Positions 46,811-60,758 of a stretch of DNA of 64,000 bases are shown here, one piece after another. Source of the DNA: Selaginella moellendorffii (taxonomy: Eukaryota > Plantae > Lycopodiophyta). Where the stretch lies: the NCBI RefSeq assembly GCF_000143415.4, contig NW_003314263.1, positions 1,762,749 through 1,826,748 on the forward strand, given 5' to 3'. The translations under genes were made by a program, and so were the position numbers. The notes under the pieces are model-generated. The model worked only from the letters and a program-made list of their open reading frames with translations. It did no database searches and was not told the origin of the DNA. The stretch's first letter is position 1, and the number at the start of each line of letters is the position of its first letter.

Positions 46811-49800
46811 TGAATGAGTCTCTAAAAAGGGACATAAAAAGGACTAATACATGGCAAGTGTCGGGACACATGGAAGTGTTAGGAATGAGTCCAAAAAGAA
46901 GTTCGAGAAGGAGTCCGAAAAGAAGTCTAAGATGGACTTTGAGAAGAAATCCAAAATGGAGTTCGATATGGACCTAAGATAGACTCAAGATGGAGTTTGA
47001 GATGGAGTCCAATATGGACCTGAGATGGACTCAAGATGGAGTCCAATATGAACCTGAGATGGACTCAAGATGGAGTTTGAGATGGAGTTTGAGATGGAGT
47101 CTGATATAGACCCGAGATGGAGTTTGAGATGGACCTGAGATGAAGCTCAAGATGGACCTGAGATGGAGTTCGAGATGGACCCGAAATGGAGTTCGAGGTT
47201 GAGTTTGAGATGGAACTTAGATGGAGTTCGAGGTTGAGTTTGAGATGGAACTTAGATGGAGTTCGAGGTTGAGTCCAAGATGGAGACTAAGACTGGATCC
47301 AAGGTCAATTCCAAGGTCAAGGCCAAGATCGAGATCGAGACTGAAACCGAGTTCGAGACCGAAACCGAGTTTGAGACCAAGTCTGAGTCCGAGTCCAAGT
47401 CCGAGTTTGAATTTGAGTCTGAGTTCGAGTTTAAAGGTGAAAGCCCAAAGTGATCATCTCCCAGACCCTAAGGGGTTTGGTGAGCTCCAAAAATATAGTA
47501 GAAGGAGGACTTTAGTGGAGCTAGTTTGGACAAGAAAGGCCATTTTGACCAAGGACGGTTATATTTATGTAGTAGGTAATGATATAACCATTGAGGAGTC
47601 TAAGGCTAGAATAAATAGATGAATAAGTGGGGTAACTTGGTGAAGTGTTCAAGAGTCGGCTCTAATTTTTCCGGGAGATCTAATGGTCAATGCTCCCAAT
47701 CCAAGTGTGGGTGGCACTACCTACTTGGATAACTAGCATGGCTCATTAGAACCTCACTCTAGCCATATGGCTAGGGCACCCAAAGGCAAAAGGTGGGGAG
47801 AGTAACCACGAGGCTCATGTAAGGCTATAGTGTTTCGAAATATTGTCCCAAAGTCCTAGACTGTGGAAAGGAAGAGAAGCAATCCTCTTGTGTAGTGACC
47901 AAAGGTATGGTCACGTGGTGAGGAAGTCCCAGATGTCAATGGGATTTAGTGGTTAGGCTTTCAGGCCCTAACTTAGTGGTAAGCACTGCCATAGGCAGAG
48001 TGGGACTTGGTGGGGGAAGAAGGGACATTAGGAAAGGGTGTTCCCCATGTCTTTAGACATCCTAAGGGTGCTAAACTATGGTTCTAGGATGACCACCCAT
48101 AAATGGATGGCTTAGTCTTTGAGAGATGGGACTATAGTATGGGTGGTCTTGAACTACCAATGGGACAAGGGTAAATAAACATGACTTTAGTGTAACAGAT
48201 TAATAGATTGGTAGTACCTTTGGGTGTCTATTAAGAGATTGGACACATAGAGCACTTGGACCAAGTGCGAAGGCTAAGTGGCATAGATACCATTCACGGG
48301 GCTAGCATGTCCCCAAGTTCAGAATAAAACTTATAGAGATTGTGAGTGAGACTCCTCTAAGTGGTCAAAGGTGTGGTTAAGTAATTAAAGTATAATGGAA
48401 AATTTAGTCACTTATAATTTGATTAAAATTGTTTCTTAGTCCGGCTTTTATTGGTGGTTAAGAATATCACCACATGATATTGGCATTGGAAGGTCCCAAA
48501 AGTGGGTCCATCCTCAAGGAGTAGCATGTCGAGAGGGCATGATTCTCCACTTGAGTTCATATATAAACGTGTATGCAATGTGATGGATAGAAAAGGGGCT
48601 AATAAGGGAATGACTTTGAGATCTTGGGAACAATAGAAGGTTTTCCTCATAGAGTTGAGGATGTGATTTATATAAGCATTTGACTTAGTAAATTGGCTAA
48701 TATAGTTGTGGTAAACAACTATTATTAGGATCACGGGAATGATGGAAACTCTTAGATGATAAAGGAGTCATAAGATTATCCTCATATAATTAAGGATGGT
48801 GCTAAAAAATTTGAGATTGGAATTAGTGACTATAGGAGGTCAAATATGGATGAGGACACGGGTCTTTGAAATGATAGCCAAGGCTGGTTTTAATAAATGC
48901 TAGAACATCCTAGGGAGTTGGGGGTGTACTTAGAGAGGATGAGTTAGTATTCTCATCATATGGATAGATAGTATTAAGGGGCAAAAGTAGCCCACATGGA
49001 ACAAAGAATAATCAAGTGTTAGGGTAACACTTGCAAAGAGGGTCCTTTTGAGTTGAATATAAGAAATTGTGTTCTAGCAAGCTAGCACCTCAAAAGTAGC
49101 CATGAGGCTAGGACTTTACAAGTCGTCAAATTAATAAAGTCGAAAAGTTAGATGACTCAAGTAGAGTCAAAGAATGGTCCTAAAGGATTGGTGGAAACAT
49201 TTGGACTGAGGTGTGTTGTACTTTATAAAAGATGGGGAGGATCATGAGATCCAAGTATAAAAACAATGGGTATCTCATTGATGGTAAAATATACCATGCT
49301 AAAGTCGTGGAAAAAGTGTTCCTGGAAAAAAGCAACTTTCACACAGAGTTATGTGTGAACACTATAGTGTAGTATAAGAAATGACTATTATGGTTTTAAC
49401 AAAATTTAGACACAACTGAAAAGTGTCATAAGAGTAGGCTCGTGGAGCTAATGGGGTGGAGGCTCCAAGTGTCTCAAGGGATGATGTCTTGAAGTCAAGT
49501 TTGTTAGTTTATGAAAAACCCTTACCAAAGGAATCCTAATGGAAATAGGATTGGTGTAGCCTAAGTTGGAAGGCATGCAATTCGAATGTATTGACCCAAA
49601 TAATGATGAAGGTGTGGAAGCATCAGTAATGAATTGTAAGATATGATAACTATGAAGTAATTAAGCAAAGGTTTGGAATAATTTGTTGGAGCTAACTTCT
49701 TGAGACTTCTTGGTTAGACAAGAAAGAAGTTAGATATAAATCTCTTGGGGGATAAATGGCTTATATTGTGATATAGTGAATCAATGTCGTAAAAAGAAAT

Positions 49801-50870
49801 GGTCATTGTCAAAGAAGGCCATCGTTAGGACAGTTAAGCACTTTAAAACACTTAAAAAGTGGTGTTTAGTATCATGAAGGCATTGGATAAAACCCAAGGG
49901 ACTAAGTCCCTAGTAAAAAATGGATAGAAGGTGCTATCTAATGTTCAAAGTTGCGGTCTATCCAAATTGGATAAAGCCAAAAGGATTTTGGCTTTGCTAG
50001 TGACAGGCATACAAAGGCCCGTGAGTAGCAATATTAATTCTAGTGTGTGGAATTACAAGGTGAACATATTTAGATTGAGGAACCACTTTTTAAGCTATCA
50101 AGTAGGTTTATCTCTAAGAATACTTACTAAGGTATAGGAGAAAGTGCAAAACTATCCTTTTAGCCTATAGGAGAATAATTAAAGGGAATATATAAAGCCA
50201 AAAAGTAAGTAGTAAAGGGATAGAATTGAACTATAAGAGTCAAAAGGCATAACCAATAGTGATTATGAAAGTTAGGAGTGGAAAATCAAATGGTGCTCAA
50301 ATGTATTACTATTGGTAACTGTGGTGCCATGAAGAGTCTAAAATATAGAATTACCCATACTAAACTATATGGCAATTAAGAATCTTGCGAAAGAAGAAGT
50401 CTTAGAAAGCTAAGGGACAAAAGTCCCTTCAAGGTTTCTAAAGATTATTTTAGGTAAGTTAGTACTTAGAAAGAAATGTGTAAATAGTTCATAGAAACGC
50501 GTGAAATTAGAGTGGCAAAGTATAAGCATAGTCTTGAAGCTTGCTATGAGGCGAGGCTATCAAGGTTGGGGAATTAGCTCTGAAGTGTTCAAATAGATGG
50601 CTTTGAATGACTACCGATGTAACAAGGGTGAATGAGCATGGCCTTAGCTTAATGGGCTGATATCAATGGTACCTTTAGGTTTAGGTCATGGGATTGGACA
50701 TGTGGAGCATTTTGACCAAATGCAAAGGCTAAATGGCATGGATGCCATTCACGGGGTTAACATGTCCCAAGTCAGGAATAGAACTTATGGAGGTTGTGAG
50801 AAAAACTTCTTCAAGTGGTCAAAGGCATGGTTAAATGATTAAACTAAAATGGAAAATTTAATCACTTACA
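46811..50870 (+). mobile_element. Decayed LARD-like copy: 5'-truncated LTR, partial interior, LTR 3' end
   Basis: Collinear with ~21650-25470; LTR end at ~48416; deletion junction ~50610; ends CTTACA at 50870. Confidence 0.85.
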
Positions 50871-53800
50871 CTACCCTTTTGACCATTTGGAAGAGTCTCA
50901 CTCATGAACTTCATAAATCTTATTCCTGACTTGGGGACATACTAGTGTCGTGAATGGCATCTATACCAGTCAGCCTTTGCACTTGGCCTAAGTGTTCCAC
51001 ATGTCCGATCCCATGACTAACACCCAAATGTACCACTAATATATTAATTTATTACGCTAAGGTTATGCCCATTCACCCTTGTCACATTAGTCCAAAACCA
51101 TTTACATCATAGTCCCATCTTTTAAAGATTGGGCCATCCATCCATAAGTGATCATCCCTTGACCACACCTTAACACCTTTAAGATGCCCAAAGATATAGG
51201 GAACCCTTTCCCAATATCCCTTCTTCAGCCTTACCAAGTTCCTCTTCATCAACTATCATGCTTGCCAACACCACCACTAGGTCACCATTAAATCCCACAG
51301 TTCTTTAGAACTTCCTTACCATATGATTGTATCCTTAGTCATTATACCAAAGGGCTATTCCTCTTCATTTCCACAGTTTGGGACTTTGGGATGATATTTC
51401 AAAACACCGTGGCTCTACACAAACCTCGTGGGTACTCTCCCCACCTTCCACCCTTAGGTGCCCTAGCCATGTGGCTAGAGCGAGGTTCTGATGAGCCATG
51501 CTAGATGTCCAAGTAGGTAGTGCCACCCACACTTGGATTGGGAGCATTGACTATTTAATCTCCCAAGGGAGCTAGAGTTAACTCTTGAACACTTCACCAA
51601 GTTACCCCACTTGTTTGTCCATAATTACTTTAACCTTGGACTCCTCAGTAATTATATTAGCACTCACTATATGGGTATAACCTTTCTTGGTCACACTAGC
51701 CTTTCCTAGCCAAACTAGCTCTACTAGAGTCCTCCCCCTGATTATACTTTTGGGGCTCACCAAACCCCTTAGGGTTTGGGAGACAATCGCTTTAGGCTTT
51801 CACCCTTGGACTCGAACTCGGACTTGGACTCGGTCTCGATTTCGGTCTCGGTCTCGGCCTCGATATTAGACTCCATCTTAGGTCCATTTTAGACTCAACC
51901 TTGGACTCCATCTTGAGTCCATCTCAGACTCCACCTCGGGCTCTATCTCAGGTCCATCTCAAACTCCATCTTGGGTCCATTTCGGACTCCATCTCGGGTC
52001 CATCTCAGACTCCATCTTGGGTCTATCTCGGACTCCATCTTGAACTCCATCTCGAGTCCATCTTAGACTCAATCTCAAGTCCATCTTGGACTCCATTTTA
52101 GACCTGTTCATGACACTTCCATCTATATATCATGACACTTGCCATGTGCCAGTCCTTCTTATATCCCTTGTTAAAGACTTATTCATTAATTGCTTCATGC
52201 TCATTCCTTGAGCATTTTGTTTGGAGTTCCACTCCTACTCTCGACTTTCTAAGTCAAAACTTTTGGTCCAAACATGTTACGTTTGGTAAACTTCCACTTC
52301 AACCATTACCATATGGCACTTTTTTGGCTCCATTTTGGGACTTAAGGATTTATGTCTCACAACCCCACCACCTATAGATAAAGTTCAATGTTCTCATCAA
52401 ACATTATACCATTTTATAAAGTAACCCCATCATGGATTATTATTTTCCTTAGGACTAAGCCAATATTCATTAATGGTTCAACATAATGGCTCATAATGCT
52501 TTTCCCACCCTCTAAGGAGCATAGTCTTTTTAACTTAGAGACTCATTTGATCACATGTAGCGGTTCTTCCCTTATGTTTGTTTAGTTCTCCAAAATTCGT
52601 TAGAGATACCTTCTCTATCTCAATCTCACTACTCATTCCCGAGTAATTTCAGCTTTTATCAACATAATCATTACACTTTGGAACTTTAATTTTGACTTCT
52701 CAAGTCAATTTCTTGGGTGTCTTTAACACCTTGCATTGCACATTTTATGCAAACTCCACTTCCCTATCTTAGGAAGTTATTTACTTGAAGGCACCATCAT
52801 CTTTTCTTTTATTTCGTACCACAATTGGCACTAAGTTCCACTTATGCATAATTTATACTAAGGTTGTCCATAGCCTTATCATTTGGCTACCTTGTCGCTC
52901 CCTCTCTTGGAGCTTTCACTTTCACCAAATTGGAATATTTGGGAATCCATCTTTGGAAATTTTTTTTTTCTCATAATCCATTAGCATTTAATATATGAGT
53001 GTTCATTACTTAACTTTGCCATTTGGATTCCTTCTAATAATTTCCATAGCCCAATCTTGGCCACTAGTTTTTTACTCATATTCTTTAATTGTTGCACCAA
53101 ACAACATAAGATCATTACCTTCATCTTTGAGGCATCTTTTTGGTTTTATAGCAAAAGTTTTGTTTTGCCAAGTTTATGAAGTGTTCACTTCTAGTAAGTC
53201 TCTTTAACATTTTCTATTGTGGACTCTATCCACAACCCAATTTTGTGACCCTCCCATGTGTCTTTCTTAGATATTACTTTCTTGGACTCACCATATTGAC
53301 ACCGCTTATTTCCCTTAGGTGTCCTTCCCAATTAGTCATCTCGACCAATATCGTGAATGTGACTTCGGGTATCAAAAGTTATCTGTCGGCTAGTCCTTAC
53401 GGACACTCTTTCCTTACTGCCATGACAATAGAAGGTTAGTATTGTTGGACCCATTATCAGTCTCCACCTAAGCTAGTTAAAAAACTAGTCATCACATGTG
53501 CACTTAGACCAGAAGGGCACTAAGGAAGGAAATCCTACATTGTCATTTAGTCAAGCATACTTGGCACGGTGATGAGAAACTCATGTTATTGACTTGCACT
53601 TGCTAGTGTTGGGAACACGATATTGAGCTTGGTCCTTCAATATCGCTAGATGATAGCTTACCGTGTCTGCCAAACACTCTTGCTATCATGCCCTTTGTGT
53701 TAGTTTTATTTCGGTCCCAAATGCTATTTATGGAAAGTGTCTAGATTTGCTCATTTGGCATATCTACGGAATGTAGAGATTGTCCTAAACACAATGGTGT

Positions 53801-53889
53801 TTGTCCCGTATCCAAATTCGCAATTTAGCATCATTCCATATTTAGTAAGTTTCGAGCTTATCCCAGAGACTAACTCCTGATACTAAAGA

Positions 53890-54430
53890 AGGCTTGGGGT
53901 GAAAACCCAAAGTGTGTGTTCCTCGGGTGGGGGGGGGGGGGCTAGGGGGTTCCAAATGTATAGTAGGGATAGTGGGTAGGTTGAGCATGGCTGACCAACC
54001 TGAGGCATAGTCTAGCTCCTGCTTGCGTGCTTGTCCTTGTTCTGCGTCCGGCTTGGGTCTAAGCCCAAGCTCCATACCATGCTAGTTGGGTGAAGTACCT
54101 ATATCCTTGTGTTAGGCTACCGGTATGTTGAAATAGCGCCAGACTTTGTTTGGCTCCATTTTGCATGCTGGTCCTGACATTGGGATGCTGGTTGCTCTAG
54201 GATTGTTCCAAGTCACTCCGGGCTCTTGTCCCTTCGCTCCTTGGGCAGTATGCTCGGGAGTTGCTCCATGGTTCGGTTCCATCACTCCTTGGCTCCATGC
54301 TTAAGCGTTTGGCACCGTTCCTTCATTTAGTGGCCCAAGGCCTTGAACCTCGGGTTCCACACCATTGTCCTATAGACACATGGCATATGACATGTGGCAC
54401 ATAGAGGGTTTAGGTTATGCTTCGTGGTGT
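53890..54430 (+). mobile_element. LTR fragment related to the chromovirus LTR
   Basis: GGGGTGAAAACCCAAA...poly-G...GGGGGTTCCAAA..TATAGTAGGGATAGTG matches rc of 61458-61543. Confidence 0.55.
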
Positions 54431-55877
54431 TATTCTATGGTAAATCACCATAGGATAAAGGGGAAAAACCACGTGCACTACAACCAAGTCACACCATTAT
54501 CAATAGTTCAAATCAACAATTTGAATTAGGAACCTTATTCCTTAATCTAGCAAAGACCTTACCGTTGTTTAGCTATAGGATCACCTAGTGATCTTACTTT
54601 GACACCTTATTAAGTCTTTCAAACCTTTAAGTTGTTGACCATGACCTCGGGGGCATCCCCCACACTTGACAATGTGCCCAAACTAGCCCTTTTGGCCAAA
54701 GGTCCATAATAACTAAGATTGAGTGTCCCCATTTCATTCACCATATCCTTGATGCCACTTGCACTAAAGTGTTTAAGTTAGATATGCCGAGATTTCACAC
54801 TAAACAATCTACCTATGCATCACGACTCCGAGGCATCCCCATTTGGCAATATGCCCAAGCTAGCCTCTTTACTGAGAGTCCATGACCACCAAAAAATGAA
54901 AGTCCTTATATTCCAAACCATCACCATGCCCTAGTGAGTTAGGATTGGGACTAAAGCACTAAAGCACTAAAGGGTTGGGACTCAAACCCAACCTCCGTAT
55001 ATATATCTATGGACGGCATCACCTAGGATGCCCAGTGTGACTCCCCGGGCCAGTGCATTAACTTATATCTAAAATGCACTACAGATCGTAATTTACGAAT
55101 CTAGTTCCTCCAAACTTTTAAGTCCTCTCACTTGACTCAACTCCTTCAACTAAGGTCTCTCTTCCTCCAACTTGCCAATCTCACTTAGCAAGTCACCTGA
55201 CCAGCGTAACATGGTTCTATGCATAAGTGTGAAAATCCTCAAACATTGATTTTCCAAGATCATCTGTATCACAATCCTGTTTCTCAAAGACTAGGCCATC
55301 CGTCCATGAGTAGTCATCCCTTGACCACACCTTAGCACCCCTAGGATGCCTAGAGACATGGAAACACCCTTCCACAATGTCCCTTCTTCTGTCCCCACCA
55401 AATTCCTCTTCATCCACAGCTGTGCTCGGTAACACTGCTATTGGGTTTAGGCCCAAAGTTCCACTATCTTGGTCACTACACCAAAGGATTATTCTTTTTC
55501 CTTTCTATAGTCTAGGACTTTGGGATAACATTTTGAAACACCATGGCCCTAAGCGAGCCTTGTGGTTACTCTTCTCACCTTCCACTTTTAGGTGCCCTAG
55601 CTATGTGGCTAGAGCGAGGTTCCGATGAACCATACTAAGTATCCAAGTAGGTAATGGCACCTACACTTGGATTGAGAGTATCGATCATTCGATCTCCTAG
55701 AGGAGCTAAAGCAGACTCTTGAACACTTCACCAAGCTACCCCACTTGTCTATCTGTATTAATTTTAACATTGGACTCTTTAATGGTTATATCATCACCCA
55801 ACACATGGGTATAGTCTTCTTTGGTCACACTAGCCATTTTTAGCCAAACTAGCTACATTGAAGTCCTCCCCCCTAGT

Positions 55878-56700
55878 TGTAGCGCATGTGATCATGGATG
55901 AGATTTGAATATACTATCACCGTGGATCCTTGGAACTTTGGGGGATAAATGGGGATAAAATAGCTACTAAGGGCTCTCTTATTAAGCAATTGCCTCTTTT
56001 CTAGTTGGCTTAAGGGGAAGGAGATAAGGTGCGCTATAGTTGGTATCGAAGCAAATGGCACGGGTTTGATTCCCATTGATTAGTGGCTACTTAAAAATAT
56101 AATATACCCTTGAGTAAAGTATATTCCTACCCCTAAATTTGAAATCATATGTATTGGGCATCCATGCGTACGTCCTTCCTCTTGTGGTCTCTACGAAACT
56201 TACTAAATATGAAATGACACTATATTGCGAATTTGGATATGGGATGAACACCATTGTGTTCAAGACAATCTCTACATTCCGTAAATATGCCAAATGAGCA
56301 AATCTAGACACTTTCCATAAATAGCATTTGGGACCGAAATAAAACTAACATAAAGGGCATGATAGCGAGAGTGTTTGGCAAACACAATAAGCCATCATCT
56401 AGCAATATTGAGGGACCAAGCTCAATATCGTGTTCTCAACACTAGCAAGTGCAAGTCAACAACATGAGGTTCTCATCATTGTGCCAAGTATGCTTGACTA
56501 AATGACAACTTAGGATTAATGCTCTTTCGGTCTAAGTGCATATGTGATGACCAGTTTCTCAACTAGCTTAGGTAGAGATTGATAACGGGTTTAGCAATAC
56601 CGACCTCTTACCATCATGGTAGTAAAGAAAGAGTGTTCGTAAGGACTGGCCGACAGGTAACTTTCGATACTCGAAGTCACATTCGTGATATTAGTCAAGG
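55878..56700 (+). mobile_element. Short-LTR (161 bp) retroelement 5' remnant
   Basis: TGTAGCGCA...TGCGCTATA (55878-56038) followed by PBS TGGTATCGAAGC (56041-56052). Confidence 0.55.
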
Positions 56701-59700
56701 TGACTAATTGGGAAAGACACCTAAGGGAAATAAGCAGTGTCAATATGGTGAGTCCAAGAAAGTAATATCTAAGAAAGACACTGGGAGGGTCACAAAATTG
56801 GGCTATGGATAGAGTCCACAATAGATATGTTGTTTGGTGCAACAATTAAAGAATATGAGTAAAAAACTAGTGACCAAGATTGGGCTATGGAAATTATTAG
56901 AAGGAATCCAAATGACAAAGTTAAGTAATGAACACTCATGTGTTAAATGCTAGCGGATTGTGAGAAAAAAAATATATTTCCAAAGATAGATTCCTAAATA
57001 TTCCAATTTGGTGAAAGTGAAAGCTCCAAGAGAGGGAGCAACAAGGTATCCAAATGATAAGGCTGTGGACAGCCTTAGTATAAATTATGGATAAGTGGAA
57101 TTTAGTGCCATTTGTGGCACAAAATAGAAGAAAAAATGATGGTGCCTTCAAGTAAATAACTTCCTAAAATGGGAAAGTGGAGTTTTATATGCAATGCAAA
57201 GTGTTAGAGACACCTAGGATATTGACTTGAGAAGTCAAAATTAAAGTTCCAAAGTGTAATGATTATGTTGATAGAAGCTGAAATTACTCGGGAATGAGAA
57301 GTGGGATTGAGATAGAAAAGGTATCTCTAATGAGTTTTGGAGAACTAAACAAACATAAGGGAAGAACCACTACATGTGATCAAATGAGTCTCTAACTTAA
57401 AAAGACTATGCTCCTTAGAGGGTGGGAAAAGCATGATGAGCCTTTAATGTTGAACCATTGATGAATATTGGCTTAGTCCTAAGGAAAATAGTAATCCATG
57501 ATGGGGTTACTTTATAAAATGTTATAATGTTTGATGAGGACATTGAACTTTATCTATAGGTGGTGGAGTTGTGAAATATAAATCCCTAAGTCCCAAAATG
57601 GAGCCAAAAAGGCCATATGGTAATGGTTGAAGTGGAAGTTTAACAAGTGTAATATGTTTGGACCAAAATTTTTGACTTAGAAAGTTGAGAGCAGGAGTGG
57701 AACTCCAAACAAAATGCTCAAGGAATGAGCATGAAACAATCAGTGAATGAGTCTTTAACAAGGGACACAAGAAGGACTGACACATAGCAAGTGTCATGAT
57801 ATATATGGAAGTGTCATGAACAGGTCTAAAAAGAAGACCGAGATGGAGTCCAAGATGGACTCAAGATGGAGTCCAAAATGGAGTTCGAGATAAACCCAAG
57901 ATGGAGTTTGAGATGGACCTGAGATGGAGTCCGAGATGGACCCAAGATAGAGTCCGATGTTGAGTCTAAGATGGACCTAAGATGGAGTCTAAAGTCGAGG
58001 CCGAGAAAGAGATCGAGACCGAGACCAAAATCAAGACCAAGTCCAAGTTCGAGTCTGAGACCGAGTCCAAGTCCAAGTCCGAGTTCGAGGGTGAAAGCCT
58101 AAAGCAATTGTCTCCCAAACCCTAAGGGGTTTGGTGAGCCCCAAAAATATAGTAGGGGGGAGGACTCTAGTAAAGCCAGTTTGGCTAGGAAAGGCCAGTG
58201 TGACCAAGGAAGGTTATACCTATATAGTGAGTGATGATATAACTATTGAGGAGTCCAAGGCTAAAGTAAATATGGACAGACAAGTGGGATAACTTGGTGA
58301 AGTGTTCAAGAGCTAACTCTAGCTCCCCTGGGAGATCAAATGGTCGATGCTCCTAATTCAAGTGTAGGTGGCACTACCTAGCATGGCTCATCGGAACCTC
58401 ACTTTAGCCACATGGCTAGGGCATCTAAGGGTGGAAGGTGGGGAGAGTACCCACGAGATTTGTGTAGAGCCATAGTGTTTTGAAATATCATCCCAAAGTC
58501 CCGAACTGTGGAAATGAAGAGGAATAGTCCTTTGGTATAATGATTAAGGATACGATCACATGGTAAGGAAGTTCTAAAGGACTGTGGGATTTAGTGGTGA
58601 CCCAGTGGTGGTGTTGGCAAGCACGACAGTTGATGAAGAGGGACTTGGTAGGGCTGAAGAAGGGACATTGGGAAAGGGTTCCTTATATCTCCGGGCATCT
58701 TAGGGGTGCTAAGGTGTGGTCAAGGGATGACCACTCATGGATGGATGGCCCAATCTTTAAAAGATGGGACTGTGATGTAGATGGTCTTGGACTATCAATA
58801 TGACAAGGGTGAATGGGTATAGTCTTAGCATAATAGGTTGATATATTGATGGTACCTTTGGGTGTCAGTCATAGGATCGGACATGTGGAGCACTTGGACC
58901 AAGTGCAAAGGCTGACTGGCATAGATGCCATTCACGACACTAGTATGTCCCCAAGTCAGGAATAAGATTTATGAAGTTCATGAGTGAGACTCCTCCAAAT
59001 GGTCAAAGGGGTAGTGTAAGCAACTAAATTTTCCATTTTAGTTTAGTCATTTAACTATACTTTTGACCACTAAGAGAAGTTTTTCTCACAACCTCCATAA
59101 ATTCTATTCCTGACTTGGGACATGTTAACCCTGTGAATGGCATCCATGCCACTTAGCCTTTGCACTTGGTCCAAGTGCTCCACATGTCCAATCCCATGAC
59201 CTAAACAAAGGTACCACTGACATATCAGCCCATTACGCTAAAGCCATGCTCATTCACCCTTGTCACATTGGTAGTCATTCAAAGCCATCTATTTGAACAC
59301 TTGGGAGCTAATTCCCCAATCTTGATAACCTCGCCTCATAGCAAACTTCAAGACTATGCTTATACTTTGCCACTCTAATTATTTCTTTCTAGGTACTAAC
59401 TTACCTAAAATAGTCTTTAAGAACCTTGAAGGGACTTTTGTCCCTTAGCTTGCTAAGACTTTTTCTTTCGCAAGTTTCTTAATTGCCATATGGTTTAGTA
59501 TGGGTAATTCCATATTTTAGACTCTTCATGGCACTATAGTTACCAATAGTAATACATTCGAGCACCCCTTGATTTTCCACTCCCACTTTCATAACCATTA
59601 TTGGCTATGCCTTTTGACTTTTATAGTTCAATTCTATCCCTTTACTACTTACTTTTTGGCTTTATATATTCCCTTCGATTATTCTCCTATAGGCTAGAAG

Positions 59701-60758
59701 GATAGTTTTGCTCTTTCTCCCATGCCTTAGTAAGTATTCTTAAATATAAACCTAATTGATAGCTTAAAGAGTGGTTCTTCAATCTAGATATGCTCACCTT
59801 GTAATTCCACACACCAGAATTAATATTGCTACTCATGGACCTTTGTATACCTGTCACTAGCAAAGCCAAAATCCTTTTGGCTTTGTCCAATTCAAATATA
59901 CTGCAACCTTGAATATTAAATAGCACATTTTATCCATTTTTTACTAAGGACTTAGTCCCTTAGGCTTTATCCAATGCCCTCATGATACCAAACACCACTT
60001 TTTGGGTGTTTTAAAGTGTTTAACTGTCCTAACAATGGCCTTCTTTGACAATGACCATTTCTTTTTACGACGTTGATTCACTATATCACAATATAAGCCA
60101 TTTATCCCCCAAGAGATATATATCTAACCTCTTTCTTGTCTAACCAAGAAGTCTCAGGATGTTAACTCCAACAAATTATTCCAAACCTTTGCTTAATTAC
60201 TTCATAGTTATCATATCCTACAATTCATTGCTAATGCTTTCACACCTCCATCATTATTTGGGTCAATACATTCGAATTGCATGTCTTCCAACTTAGGTTA
60301 CGCCAATCCTATTTCCATTATGATTCCTTTGGCAAGGGTTTTTTATAAACTAACGAACTTGACTTCAAAACATCATCCCTTGAGACACTTAGAGTCTCCA
60401 CCCTATCAGCTCCACGAGCATACTCTCACGACACTTGTCAATTGTGTCTATGTTTTGTTTAAAACCATAATAGTCATTTCTCATACTGCACTATAGTGTT
60501 CATACATAACTCTATGTCAAAGTTGCTTTCTTTCAAGACCACTTTTTCCATGACTTTAGTATAGCATATTTTGCCATCAATGAAATACCCACTATTCTTA
60601 TACTTGGATCTCATAATCCTTCTTATCTTTTATAAAGTACAACACACCTTAGTCTAAATGTTTTCACCAATCCTTTAGGACCATTCTTTGACTTTACATG
60701 AGTCATCTAACTTTTCGACTTTGTTAATTTGACGACTTGTAAAGTCCTAGCCTCATGG

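Larger units (their letters stand above)
49100..60758. repeat. Large inverted duplication: arms 49100-53854 and 56194-60758, ~2.3-kb spacer
   Basis: Reverse-complement identity at both arm ends and across the chimeric junction (50870 vs ~59015). Contains LTRs 50871-52361 (-) and 57570-59015 (+). Confidence 0.88.
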
